Source: Thermoanaerobaculia bacterium | GTDB taxonomy: Bacteria; Acidobacteriota; Thermoanaerobaculia; Multivoradales; Multivoraceae | NCBI GenBank assembly: GCA_963664405.1 | Contig: OY761158.1 | Location: 1,888,001-1,952,000 of the forward strand | DNA: 64,000 nucleotides | Direction: 5' to 3' | In this document: positions 19,715 through 29,045 of the stretch, in pieces | How positions within the stretch are numbered: the stretch's first letter is position 1 | Layout of the letters: each line of letters begins with the position of its first letter | Program-made: the position numbers and the translations under genes | Notes under the pieces: generated by a model | The model's database searches: none | What the model was told of the DNA's origin: nothing | The model's input: the letters and a program-made list of their open reading frames with translations, nothing else

Positions 19715-20854
19715 CTAGGCGCGAAGGCCGCGGAAAGTCTCTCTCACCTCACTGACAAAGATCTCCGGCTGCTCGAAAGCGGCGAAGTGGCCGCCGCGCT
19801 CGGCACGGTTCCAGTGCACGATGTTGGTGTATCGCTTCTCCGCCCAACGCCTCGAGGAGCGGAAGATCTCCTTCGGGAAGATGGTGCAGCCGACCGGAAT
19901 GTTCACCTTGTCGCGACTGCCGCTGCGGAAGCTCTCCCAGTAGAGGCGAGCTGAAGAAGCGGCCGCCCCCGGCAGCCAGTACATCATCACGTTGTCGAGC
20001 ATCTCGTCGCGACTGAGCGCGTTCTCGGGATGGCCGTTGCAGTCGGTCCAGGCCCAGAACTTCTCGAGAATCCACGCCGCCTGCCCTGACGGAGAGTCCG
20101 CCAGGCCATAGCCGACCGTCTGCGGTCGAGTGCTCTGCTGCTTCGAATAGCCTGAGTCCCAGTCTTGGTAGTGCTTCAACCCCGCAAGCGCGTCGATCTC
20201 CAACTCGGTCAGATCCTCCGCCTTCGGATCGGCTCGAGCAGTGACCATATTGAGGTGGATTCCGTGACAGTGCTCGGGATCGCGAAAGCCGATAGCCGTG
20301 GTGACCGCAGCCCCCCAGTCGCCCCCCTGCGCGCCATACCACTCGTAACCGAGGCGCGCCGCCAACTGAGCCCAGGCGTCGGCGATCTTCTCGACCTTCC
20401 AGCCCGGCTCTGTCGGTTTTCCGGAGTAGCCGTAGCCAGGAAGGCTGGGTAGCACCAGGTGAAAGGCGTCGCTCGCGTCGCCTCCGTGGGCCACCGGGTC
20501 TGTCAGCGGGCCAATTACTTTGAGGAACTCGACGATCGATCCCGGCCAGCCGTGCGTCATGACCAGCGGCATCGCGGCTTCTACCGGAGAGCGAATGTGC
20601 AGAAAGTGGATGTCGAGACCGAAGATCTCGGTCAGGTACTGGTCGTAAGAGTTGAGTCGCGCTTCGGTCGCCCGCCAGTCGTACTCACTAGCCCAGTACT
20701 CGCAGACTTCCTGCACGTAGCTCAGCGGGATCCCCTGCGACCAGTCATCGACGGTCTCGGCGTCGGGCCAACGAGTGGCGAGGAGCCGCCTTTTCAGGTC
20801 CAGCAGCTCTTCTTCAGGGGTGTCGATTCGAAAAGACCGGATCTCGTCGCTCAT
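19715..20854 (-). CDS. Epoxide hydrolase (EHN domain plus alpha/beta hydrolase)
   Basis: HGWPGS, LPGYGYS, QGGDWG nucleophile motif and GGHFAAFEQP. Confidence 0.93.
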   Translation of the reverse strand: MSDEIRSFRIDTPEEELLDLKRRLLATRWPDAETVDDWSQGIPLSYVQEVCEYWASEYDWRATEARLNSYDQYLTEIFGLDIHFLHIRSPVEAAMPLVMTHGWPGSIVEFLKVIGPLTDPVAHGGDASDAFHLVLPSLPGYGYSGKPTEPGWKVEKIADAWAQLAARLGYEWYGAQGGDWGAAVTTAIGFRDPEHCHGIHLNMVTARADPKAEDLTELEIDALAGLKHYQDWDSGYSKQQSTRPQTVGYGLADSPSGQAAWILEKFWAWTDCNGHPENALSRDEMLDNVMMYWLPGAAASSARLYWESFRSGSRDKVNIPVGCTIFPKEIFRSSRRWAEKRYTNIVHWNRAERGGHFAAFEQPEIFVSEVRETFRGLRA

Positions 20855-20952
20855 CGGAGGGCTCCTCTCGGGTGCAATCGTGTCACCGGCCATCGTAGCG
20901 CAGCCGCACATCTTCGGAGTCCTCGAGAAGGTCCCGCCACCTCAGGCACTGT

Positions 20953-20981
20953 TTGACTTCACCACCTTGCGGCTATAGTTT
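20953..20981 (+). promoter_or_regulatory. Putative sigma70 promoter
   Basis: TTGACT-17 bp-TAGTTT upstream of the GTG at 21047. Confidence 0.35.
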
Positions 20982-21046
20982 CTGAGAGCGCACGTTGATG
21001 TCGACAGCGGCCCCGGCGGCCTGGCCGGCGGTGTCTGGAGGATGCG

Positions 21047-22333
21047 GTGAGAGCAGCTCAGACAGCTATTCTTGGAGGCCTATTGGCTTTGGCTGCCGCG
21101 GCAAGTTGGGGCGCGGCCGACCAAACGACGAGTCCGACCTTCACCAAAGACGTGCTGCCGATCCTCCAGGAGCGGTGCCAGGACTGTCACCGCGAGGGAG
21201 GCGACGGGATCGCCGGGATGGTCGCGCCAATGGCGCTGACTTCTTATACGGAGGTCAGGCCGTGGGCAAAGGCGATCGCTCGCGCAGTCCAGTCTAAGGC
21301 GATGCCTCCATGGGACGCGACCGACGTCACCCTGGGCCAGTTCTCCAACGAAAGGGTCATGACCGACGAGGAAAGGGAGACCATCTTGCGTTGGGCTCAG
21401 AGCGGCGGTGCGCAAGGCAACCCGGAAGATGCTCCCGAGCCGAGGGTGTTCGCGGATAAGCAGGGCTGGCTGCTAGGCGTCCCCGATCTGGTGGTGACCA
21501 TGCCTGAGCCCTATTTCGTCGAGGACGATGTCCAGGACATCCAGCCGCGGATCACCTTCGAAGTCACCAAAGAGATGCTCCCCGAGCCCAGGTGGATCAG
21601 CGCTATCGAGATCCGCCCGGATAGTCGTGGCGTCCATCACGCCGTCGGCGGCGCAACGGCACCCGCCTTCGGCGAGCACGAAGAGGAGTCCTTCTCGGCC
21701 GGCTCGATCGCCGCCGGCGAGGACCCCATCATCTATCCGAAAGGCTTCGGCAACCTGCTGCGCGCCGGAACCGAGATCCGTCTCTCGATGCACTACTTCA
21801 AAGAAGTCGGCCCAGGCACGGGCTTTTTCGATCAATCGTCAATCGGCTTCCACTTCCACCCCAAAGACGAAGTGGTGAAGTACAAGGTCAGTCGCGGCGG
21901 CATCAGTCGCAGCGGATGGGAGATTCCCCCTCGGCAAAGCGATTGGCGCATCGGCGCGTCGCGAACCTTCGACGAGAACACCGTGCTCATCTCACTGCAC
22001 CCGCACATGCATTTTCGCGGCGACTCGATGAGATACGAAGCCTTCTATCCCGACGGCACCACCGAGGTGCTGCTCGACGTTCCCGAGTACGACTATGCGT
22101 GGCAGACGCAGTACACCTACGTCGCCCCCAAGTTCATTCCGAAAGGAACTCGGATCGAAGCCATCTCGAGCTTCGACAACTCCGAGCGCAAGAAGGCCCG
22201 CTATGGGGTTCTCGACATCGACCGCGCGGTCGACTTCGGTGGGCGCAGCAGAGACGAAATGTTCATTCCCTTCATCGAGTCGGCCGAGATCGACGAAGCC
22301 GACGTCGAGCGCTTTCGAGCTGCCAGCCCCTAG
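21047..22333 (+). CDS. Secreted cytochrome c plus copper type II monooxygenase-like protein
   Basis: Signal peptide; CQDCH heme motif with AMPPW; VHHA, MHY, HPHMH and DEM match the PHM/DBH copper-ligand pattern. Confidence 0.7.
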   Translation: MRAAQTAILGGLLALAAAASWGAADQTTSPTFTKDVLPILQERCQDCHREGGDGIAGMVAPMALTSYTEVRPWAKAIARAVQSKAMPPWDATDVTLGQFSNERVMTDEERETILRWAQSGGAQGNPEDAPEPRVFADKQGWLLGVPDLVVTMPEPYFVEDDVQDIQPRITFEVTKEMLPEPRWISAIEIRPDSRGVHHAVGGATAPAFGEHEEESFSAGSIAAGEDPIIYPKGFGNLLRAGTEIRLSMHYFKEVGPGTGFFDQSSIGFHFHPKDEVVKYKVSRGGISRSGWEIPPRQSDWRIGASRTFDENTVLISLHPHMHFRGDSMRYEAFYPDGTTEVLLDVPEYDYAWQTQYTYVAPKFIPKGTRIEAISSFDNSERKKARYGVLDIDRAVDFGGRSRDEMFIPFIESAEIDEADVERFRAASP

Positions 22334-22461
22334 GCTCCACAAATGATAAATATCATTTGCTCCGCCTAGTTGTTTTCTGGCGCCGAGGACGGCGCACTTG
22401 GGCGCTGCTTCCTATTCGCTCACGGAAACGGCTCAGGACGAATACTCGGACACACTCCTAG
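22330..22461 (-). repeat. 132-bp CTAG-bounded REP/MITE-like element (family A)
   Basis: Its reverse complement aligns end to end with 34478..34609. Contains a GCGCCG-TCCT-CGGCGC hairpin and a 40-bp CTAG...AAATGAT..ATCATTT...CTAG hairpin. Confidence 0.85.
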
Positions 22462-22527
22462 CTCCAGAAAACGCGCCTTCGGCCCGTTTTCCGGCCCATC
22501 CCCGCCTGAGAACTACCGAGAACGGTG

Positions 22528-24213
22528 CTACCGAGTGAGCTTGCGGTAGGAGATGCGGTGGGGGCGGTCCGCGGCGTCTCCCTTGCGGCGGCGTAGATCT
22601 CGCTCGTAGTCGCTGTAGGAGCCCTCGAACCAATAGGCCTCGCTATCGCCTTCGAAGGCGAGGATGTGAGTGGCGACCCGATCGAGGAACCAGCGATCGT
22701 GAGAGATGACGAGGGCACTGCCCGCCAGCTCTTCCAGCGCCGTTTCCAGGGCTCGTAGCGTGTTGACGTCGAGATCGTTGGTCGGTTCGTCGAGCAGAAG
22801 GACGTTGGCGCCCGACGTGAGCACCTTCGCCAAGTGGACGCGGTTTCGCTCGCCGCCGCTCAAGGCACCGACAGACTTCTGCTGATCCGCGCCACCGAAG
22901 CCGAAACGGGCCACGTAGGCTCTCGAGTTGACCTCGCGCGAGCCCAAGAGCATGGTCTCTCCACCTCCTGTGATCTCCTCCCATACCTTTGCACTTTCTT
23001 CGAGAGAGTCGCGGCTCTGGTCGACGTAGCCGAGGCGTACGGTCTCGCCCACGACCAAGCTGCCCTCGTCGGGCTCTTCCTGGCCCACGATCATGCGAAA
23101 GAGCGTCGTCTTTCCGGCTCCGTTGGGACCGATGATGCCGACGATGGCCCCCGCCGGGATATCCAGCGACAGGTCGTCGTAGAGCAGGCGATCGCCGTAC
23201 GCCTTGCGCACTCCCTCGGCCTTGATGACGACGCCCCCGAGTCGTGGGCCGGGCGGCACATAGATCTCCATGTCTTCCCGACGCTGCTCGGACTCTTGCT
23301 CGAGCAGTCGACCGTAAGCGCTGACCCGCGCCTTCGACTTGGTCTGCCGCGCCTTGGGCGTCATGTGGATCCACTCGAGCTCGCGTGCGAGAGTGCGCTG
23401 TCGCGCCGACTGGACCTTCTCTTCGCGCCGCAGCCGCTCCTGCTTCTGCTCCAGCCACGAGGAGTAGTTCCCCTTCCAGGGGATCCCTTCGCCGCGATCG
23501 AGCTCGAGAATCCAGCCCGCTACGTTGTCGAGGAAGTAGCGATCGTGAGTGACGGCGATTACGGTCCCGGAGTAGTCGTTGAGATGCTTCTCGAGCCAGC
23601 CCACGGTCTCGGCGTCGAGATGGTTGGTTGGCTCGTCGAGTAGGAGGATATCGGGCGCGCGCAGGAGCAGGCGACAAAGGGCTACCCGTCGCCGCTCGCC
23701 GCCCGAGATTACGTTGACCCGAGTATCGCCGGGGGGGCAGCGCAGCGCGTCCATCGCCAGCTCCAGGCGGCTGTCGAGATCCCAGGCGTTGGTGCGATCG
23801 AGAACCTCTTGCACTTCTCCCTGGCGCTCGATCAGCTTCTCCATCTCCGCGTCCGACATCTCTTCGCCGAACTTCTCATTGATCTCATCGAACTCGCCAA
23901 GAGCCGCGGCGATCTCCGCGACCCCCTCCTCCACTACCTCTTTGACCGTCTTCGTATCATCCAGCTGCGGCTCCTGCTCCAGGTAGCCGACGGTGAAGCC
24001 CGGCGAGAGGACCGTTTCACCGATGTGCTCACGATCCACCCCCGCCATGATCCGTAGCAGGCTGGTCTTCCCAGAGCCGTTGAGGCCGAGGACCCCGATC
24101 TTGGCGCCGTAGAAATACGACAACGAGATGTCGCGCAGGACGGTCTTGCCGCCGTCAAAAGCCTTTCCCACCTCGACCATCGAGTAGATGATCTTTTTGG
24201 AGTCCTCTGTCAC
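22528..24213 (-). CDS. ettA: Energy-dependent translational throttle protein EttA (ABC-F)
   Basis: GTG start (VTEDSKKIIYSM), ISLSYFYGAKIGVLGLNGSGK, two ABC domains, ARQTKSKAR linker and terminal PHRISYRKL; 561 aa. Confidence 0.95.
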   Translation of the reverse strand: MTEDSKKIIYSMVEVGKAFDGGKTVLRDISLSYFYGAKIGVLGLNGSGKTSLLRIMAGVDREHIGETVLSPGFTVGYLEQEPQLDDTKTVKEVVEEGVAEIAAALGEFDEINEKFGEEMSDAEMEKLIERQGEVQEVLDRTNAWDLDSRLELAMDALRCPPGDTRVNVISGGERRRVALCRLLLRAPDILLLDEPTNHLDAETVGWLEKHLNDYSGTVIAVTHDRYFLDNVAGWILELDRGEGIPWKGNYSSWLEQKQERLRREEKVQSARQRTLARELEWIHMTPKARQTKSKARVSAYGRLLEQESEQRREDMEIYVPPGPRLGGVVIKAEGVRKAYGDRLLYDDLSLDIPAGAIVGIIGPNGAGKTTLFRMIVGQEEPDEGSLVVGETVRLGYVDQSRDSLEESAKVWEEITGGGETMLLGSREVNSRAYVARFGFGGADQQKSVGALSGGERNRVHLAKVLTSGANVLLLDEPTNDLDVNTLRALETALEELAGSALVISHDRWFLDRVATHILAFEGDSEAYWFEGSYSDYERDLRRRKGDAADRPHRISYRKLTR

Positions 24214-24220
24214 GGGGAAT

Positions 24221-24386
24221 CTAGTGCCCTGTACCAGTAGTTCGTCACATAACTCGCTGGCCCTTTTGCGGCCTGCCGTCGTTGCGCCTCCTCGAAATAT
24301 TCCCAATATGACTTCGTCGGCGCGCCTTGACAGCCCACAAAATGACTGCGCGATTTATGCAACGAACCACTGGTACAGGACACTAG
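24221..24386. mobile_element. 166-bp CTAG-bounded palindromic MITE-like element (family B, copy 1)
   Basis: The ends CTAGTGCCCTGTACCAGTAGTTCG and CGAACCACTGGTACAGGACACTAG are inverted repeats. The core is homologous to 41990..42155. Confidence 0.8.
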
Positions 24387-24652
24387 CGATCGCCGCCGCG
24401 AGGGGCTTTGGCCCCGGATCGATAGCCCTGGGTCGAGGCCCGACCACCCTCAGTGACGGTCGTAGAGTCGACGTGCCTTTCGCTATCGGCCAGAATCTCG
24501 ATGTCGCCCGCCTCCACCAGCGCCTTCAGAGGGGGGTGATCCGCCGCGGGAGTCCCGATCTCGCTGATTTTGCCAGGCCCCAGATGCAGCTTCTTGCCGC
24601 GCGGCAGGGGTACCCGTATCGGCCGCTGCGTCGTATTGCGGATGGATTTCAT
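24383..24652 (-). CDS. Small hypothetical protein
   Basis: MKSIRNTTQRPIRVPLPRGKKLHLGPG..., 89 aa, preceded by a GGGGAG RBS. Its stop codon is the terminal TAG of the MITE-like element. Confidence 0.6.
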   Translation of the reverse strand: MKSIRNTTQRPIRVPLPRGKKLHLGPGKISEIGTPAADHPPLKALVEAGDIEILADSERHVDSTTVTEGGRASTQGYRSGAKAPRGGDR

Positions 24653-24796
24653 CGACAGCTCCCCCAGCCTCTCGGCAGACCTCTGCCTTGCAGCGACCTC
24701 GTGCCCCACCCTATAACGAGATCCCTCTATCGTGTCGATCGATTAGCATACCCGAGCGCAAACGAGGTTCCGTGACCGGCGAGAGCGGTCCTTTCC

Positions 24797-24927
24797 GGAG
24801 TGCGCCGTCCTCGGCGCCATGTTCCGCATCCGGAGGAAGTGATACCGATCACTTCCGTAGGATGCGCCGTCCTCGGCGCCATGTTCACTAGCCGCAGGAA
24901 ATGATAGCGATCATTTCCGGAGGCTAG
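24797..24927 (+). repeat. BIME-like tandem of family A hairpins (two 62-bp units)
   Basis: TGCGCCGTCCTCGGCGCCATGTTC at 24801 and 24863, each followed by a GGAARTGATA..GATCAYTTCC hairpin. Confidence 0.85.
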
Positions 24928-26669
24928 GAGGTGAGGCGCTTTGGAGGCCTGCCCTCGGCGACAAAGCGCACCGCCTCGAAAGAAAGGCGGCCGATCGATC
25001 GTTCCTGAACCGGTGAGGCGAGAAAACGCACCGCGGCAAGCACCGGGCGATCGCGCAGGGGGTCCTCAGCGAGAGCCGCACGCTCATCGAAGGCGGCGAT
25101 ATTGGTCTTGATCGCATGAGCGACGATGATCGGTCGAGTGAGCCCATCGCCCATCGAGACCTCCTCCAAGCGAGCTCGCAACTCCTCGCTCGAATCTTCC
25201 TGGCGTAAGACCGCTGCGGCGCTCGCAACCGCCTGCACTACTTCTTGCTGCGCGATCGCCGCTACCACATCGTCCACGCTGGCCGAGCCCGTCGTAGCGG
25301 TTGTTGGGTTGATGCGATCGGCAACCTGCAGGTCCAGGGGCCGTGTGCGGTTGACGAAGTGCGCAGCATAGAAGAGCAGCCGGACCAAGGCTGGATCATC
25401 ACTGCGCTCGAAGGCACGCCTGGTAGCGTTGGCAAAGGTCAGCGTATGGGTGACGTCGAGCCAACCCTCTTGCACCGTCGGGTCGGCGTCGATCGAAGCG
25501 TCGAAGCGAAACAACCTCTCGGCCGCGCTCAGGCTGAGTGCGTCGATCAGAGCATGGCTACCGACACCGTCGGCCAGGGCCGAGGCTACCCCTTCAGCAG
25601 CCTCCTGCTTGGTGCCATCCACCACTGCAGCGATGAAGCTCTCACGATCCCACCCGACGCCATCCGTCGCCGCTCGCCAGGCTGGGAAGCTCGGCTCCAG
25701 CTCTGCCAGTCGGCGCCGTAGGAAGGCCATCGGCGGCAGGCTGTCCTCTCGAGTACCGGTGGCGATCGAGAAGACCAAAGATGGCAGCAGTTCCCGCCCC
25801 CGCTGCCAGCCGACGCGATCAATCAAGTCGAAGGCCTTGATCACATATATCAGCCGGTGGCCGAAAGAGAGGAAATGCTCGGCGCAAAGCCGCAGGAGCC
25901 ACTTCTCGACCGTGTCGCGACCCCAGTCTCGACCGAGCGCACCGCGAAAAAGAGCCTCCGCCTCGTCACTCTCCTCGGCCTCTACCAGGGCGAGAAGCCT
26001 GTCGCCAAAGGCCTGGGGGTCATCGCCCGGGTCGGTAGACTGGGGGATCGGGCGAGCCGGCCGACGCACACTCGGCTCGGAAGCCAACTCCATCACCTGC
26101 ATGACCGGTCGAACGGCCTCGAGCCCCGAGTAGCGAGACAGAAGCCCGGTGATGTCACAGGCGACGGGCAGCGCATGGGTGGTGCCGTACTCGGCGTAGC
26201 GGGCGTCGAAGAGGGCGCCGTGAAGGGCGATGTCCACGGCCGGAACGTTTGCCTCGAGCAGACGCACGACGTCGCGTGCGACTCGACCCATCGAGTCTTC
26301 GAGAAGCCCCTGCGACAGGCTGCTCCAAAGCTTGCCGAGGTCGGCAGCGGCGCGCCGCTCGCGAAAGTCCACTTCGACCAGGCCATCGGTGACGCGCACC
26401 GGGAAGGTCGTAACATCTTCGTCCCCCTTGAGACACTCCCCGGTCGCAAGGTCGAACTTGAAGTTGTGCCAGGCGCACGTCAGCACGCAGTCCTTCACGT
26501 AGCCTTGGGCAAGCGGATACCCCTCGTGTGGGCAGAGATTGTCGACCGCCAGGAAACGGTCGTCGGCTAGGCGGAAGACCGCCGCTTGTCTGCTCTCGGA
26601 CTTGACGACCTCGCCGCGGCCGATCTCAAATCCATCGGCCCGACCCGCGCTGACCCAAGACTCCTTCAT
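24924..26669 (-). CDS. Rieske [2Fe-2S] domain protein with a large His-containing helical C-terminal region
   Basis: CPHEGYPL...CAWHNFKFDL Rieske ligands followed by ~470 aa of unknown function. Confidence 0.8.
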   Translation of the reverse strand: MKESWVSAGRADGFEIGRGEVVKSESRQAAVFRLADDRFLAVDNLCPHEGYPLAQGYVKDCVLTCAWHNFKFDLATGECLKGDEDVTTFPVRVTDGLVEVDFRERRAAADLGKLWSSLSQGLLEDSMGRVARDVVRLLEANVPAVDIALHGALFDARYAEYGTTHALPVACDITGLLSRYSGLEAVRPVMQVMELASEPSVRRPARPIPQSTDPGDDPQAFGDRLLALVEAEESDEAEALFRGALGRDWGRDTVEKWLLRLCAEHFLSFGHRLIYVIKAFDLIDRVGWQRGRELLPSLVFSIATGTREDSLPPMAFLRRRLAELEPSFPAWRAATDGVGWDRESFIAAVVDGTKQEAAEGVASALADGVGSHALIDALSLSAAERLFRFDASIDADPTVQEGWLDVTHTLTFANATRRAFERSDDPALVRLLFYAAHFVNRTRPLDLQVADRINPTTATTGSASVDDVVAAIAQQEVVQAVASAAAVLRQEDSSEELRARLEEVSMGDGLTRPIIVAHAIKTNIAAFDERAALAEDPLRDRPVLAAVRFLASPVQERSIGRLSFEAVRFVAEGRPPKRLTS

Positions 26670-26754
26670 CGATACTCGAAGTCAGTATAGGCCACCCAGG
26701 ACTTCTCACTCTGTGCTTGCGGCTCGGGCTCGGGACGAGGAAACGGGTCGAGAC

Positions 26755-26783
26755 TTGATATTGACGCGTGTGCATAATACGAT
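26755..26783 (+). promoter_or_regulatory. Putative sigma70 promoter of the SARP gene
   Basis: TTGATA-17 bp-TACGAT, 33 bp before the ATG at 26817. Confidence 0.5.
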
Positions 26784-26816
26784 CAATGGTCTTCTGGACA
26801 ACGACAGCTGTCGGCA

Positions 26817-27803
26817 ATGGACAACAACTTTCTCAGGAACTCGGCTCCTCGCGACGCGACCGTGGGGTCCATCGAGGTACAACTGCTTGGGCGCTTCGAT
26901 GCTCGCTCGTCAGGTCAGCCGCTGAAGGATCTGCACAGCGGGAAGGCACAAGAGCTTTTCAGCTACCTGATCCTGCACCGGGACCGACCCCATCTCAGAG
27001 AAAGCCTCGCCGGCATCCTGTGGGAAGACGACACCTCGGCATCCCCCCGCAAGACTCTCCGGCAGACACTCTGGCAACTGCAGTCGGCCCTGAGCTCGGC
27101 AGCGCCCCACTTAGAAAGACTGGTAGAGCAGCAGGGCCCGGACTGGATCGGACTGAGTCCGCAGGTCGAGATGCATGTCGACGTCGAGGCCCTGGAGAGC
27201 GCCTTCAGGAGAGTCGAGAAGGTTCCGGGCCACCGCATGCCAATGAAGGAGGCACGGGCGGCAAAAGAAGCGCTCGAGCTTTACCGGGGAGACCTCCTCG
27301 AAGGGGTGAGGCACCCGTGGTGTCGTCTCGAGCGCCAGCGATTCAGGGAGCTCTACTTTCGACTCCTCGAGAAGATGATGAATCACAGTCTCGCCACCGG
27401 CGACTACGACGCCGGAATCGAGTTCGGAGTTCGAGTGCTGCGTGGGGATCCCGCCCGAGAGCGCACCCACCGCCGCCTGATGCGCATTTACTACCTGCAG
27501 GGGAATCGTACTCTGGCTCTACGGCAATACCAGCAGTGCTTGGAGTCATTGCGCAATGAGCTCGACGTCAAACCGTCGCGTGCCACCCAGCGCCTCTACG
27601 AGCACATCCGCGAGGATCGCTCTCCTCTCGGATCCACCGAGGCGGGGCGAGTCCTCGCCGACCAGGACGGCGAAGTCCTCGATTTGCTTGTCGCCCTCCG
27701 AGGGCTGCTGAGCGAGGCTCGCAGCCAGGTCCACACCGAGATCCTCTCCCTCCGCAGCGAGCCGACCCTCTCGCCGCAAGGCGAGACAGAGACTCGCGAC
27801 TAA
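26817..27803 (+). CDS. SARP-family transcriptional activator (winged HTH plus BTAD)
   Basis: VQLLGRF, LRESLAGILWED, LRQTLWQL, LYRGDLLEG and ERTHRRLMRIYYLQGNRTLALRQYQQC motifs. Confidence 0.9.
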   Translation: MDNNFLRNSAPRDATVGSIEVQLLGRFDARSSGQPLKDLHSGKAQELFSYLILHRDRPHLRESLAGILWEDDTSASPRKTLRQTLWQLQSALSSAAPHLERLVEQQGPDWIGLSPQVEMHVDVEALESAFRRVEKVPGHRMPMKEARAAKEALELYRGDLLEGVRHPWCRLERQRFRELYFRLLEKMMNHSLATGDYDAGIEFGVRVLRGDPARERTHRRLMRIYYLQGNRTLALRQYQQCLESLRNELDVKPSRATQRLYEHIREDRSPLGSTEAGRVLADQDGEVLDLLVALRGLLSEARSQVHTEILSLRSEPTLSPQGETETRD

Positions 27804-27909
27804 CGCTCTTCCCCCTCTCACTCCACGAAGGGCTCCTCGCTCAATTTGTCCGGGTTCATGTTTGTCCCGCTCAGATTGTTGCTGTAGCCTCGCCGAGGAG
27901 GACCCAATC

Positions 27910-29040
27910 ATGTTCGATCGACGCCGCTTCGCACTCTGTGCTGTTGTTACCGCTACGCTTGTCGCGCTTGGCCCTGGCTCAGCGGTGGCAGCCACTGCCG
28001 TCAACGACAAGGAGGCCGGCGCAGGCCTCTACTTCCCTCCTCGTTCGGGGGACTGGGAAACGATCTCTCCTGAGGCGGCGGGATGGAGCGAGAAGGCGAT
28101 TGAAGAGGTGCTGCGTTATGCCGGCGAGCAACGCTCAACCGGATTGGTCATCCTTCACCGCGGGCGCATAATGGCCGAGCGCTATTGGGAAGTGGAGCCT
28201 GATCCTAAAGACGAGCTCGATCGGTTCGGCAAGATGACGGCCGGGAAGACGGCTCGCGGGCATGCACTCGAGGATGTTGCCTCAGCCCAAAAGAGCGTCG
28301 TCTCGTTTCTCGTCGGGGTAGCGGAGGGTAAAGGCCTGGTCGACTTCGAAGCGCCGGCCTCCCGCTACTTGGGAAAGGGCTGGTCGAAAGCGACACCGGA
28401 GCAGGAAGGCGCGATCAAGGTCCACCACCTGGTGTCGATGTCGAGCGGACTGGCCGAAAACCACAGCTACAAAGGGACGGCCGGCTCGATCTGGATGTAC
28501 AACACCCCGGTCTACAGTCAGAGCGTGAAGGTCCTCGAAAAGGCCAGCGGCATGAAAGTCAACGAGTACACCGCCAAGTGGCTCACCGAGCCCATCGGCA
28601 TGAGCGAGAGCAAGTGGGCGCCTCGCCCCTGGGCCGGGGGTACATCGGGCAACTCGATCGGCTTCGTCACTTCGACACGCGATCTTGCCCGCTTCGGCCT
28701 GTTGGTGCTCGCCGACGGTCGCTGGGACGGGAAGGACCTCCTCGGCAACCGCGGCTATCTAGAGCGCGCCCTGGCGCCGTCGCAGAAGCTCAACCCCTCC
28801 TACGGCTATTTGTGGTGGCTCAACGGACAAGAAAGCGTCGTACGAGGGCCTAAGACGTTGAAGGGACCCCTCATCCCCAACGCCCCCGCGGATCTCGCCG
28901 CGGCCCAAGGGGCCCTGGGGCGCAAGTGCTACGTGGTCCCGAGTCTGGATCTAGTGGTCACACGACTGGGGGGGCAGCCTCCCGCTGGGAACGCGTTCAA
29001 CGACGAGATTTGGAAGCGGCTAAGCAAGGGCGCACCCTAA
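27910..29040 (+). CDS. Secreted serine hydrolase (beta-lactamase class C-like)
   Basis: Signal peptide; SAQK (SxxK), WMYN, RDLARFG and YGYLWWLN motifs. Confidence 0.88.
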   Translation: MFDRRRFALCAVVTATLVALGPGSAVAATAVNDKEAGAGLYFPPRSGDWETISPEAAGWSEKAIEEVLRYAGEQRSTGLVILHRGRIMAERYWEVEPDPKDELDRFGKMTAGKTARGHALEDVASAQKSVVSFLVGVAEGKGLVDFEAPASRYLGKGWSKATPEQEGAIKVHHLVSMSSGLAENHSYKGTAGSIWMYNTPVYSQSVKVLEKASGMKVNEYTAKWLTEPIGMSESKWAPRPWAGGTSGNSIGFVTSTRDLARFGLLVLADGRWDGKDLLGNRGYLERALAPSQKLNPSYGYLWWLNGQESVVRGPKTLKGPLIPNAPADLAAAQGALGRKCYVVPSLDLVVTRLGGQPPAGNAFNDEIWKRLSKGAP

Positions 29041-29045
29041 CCCGT

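Noticed and set aside
24214-24306. N-terminal extension of EttA in the ORF track
   Set aside because: It runs through the MITE-like element; EttA similarity begins at the GTG at 24213.
24797-24927. 24-bp direct repeats at a 62-bp period resembling a mini CRISPR array
   Set aside because: There are only two units, the intervening segments are homologous hairpins rather than unique spacers, the same modules recur elsewhere as REP-like units, and no cas genes are present.
4456-29040. Antibiotic-resistance reading of the APH-like kinases and the beta-lactamase-like gene (27910..29040)
   Set aside because: Only fold-level motifs are visible. The glycan-locus context and generic serine-hydrolase features do not support resistance calls.
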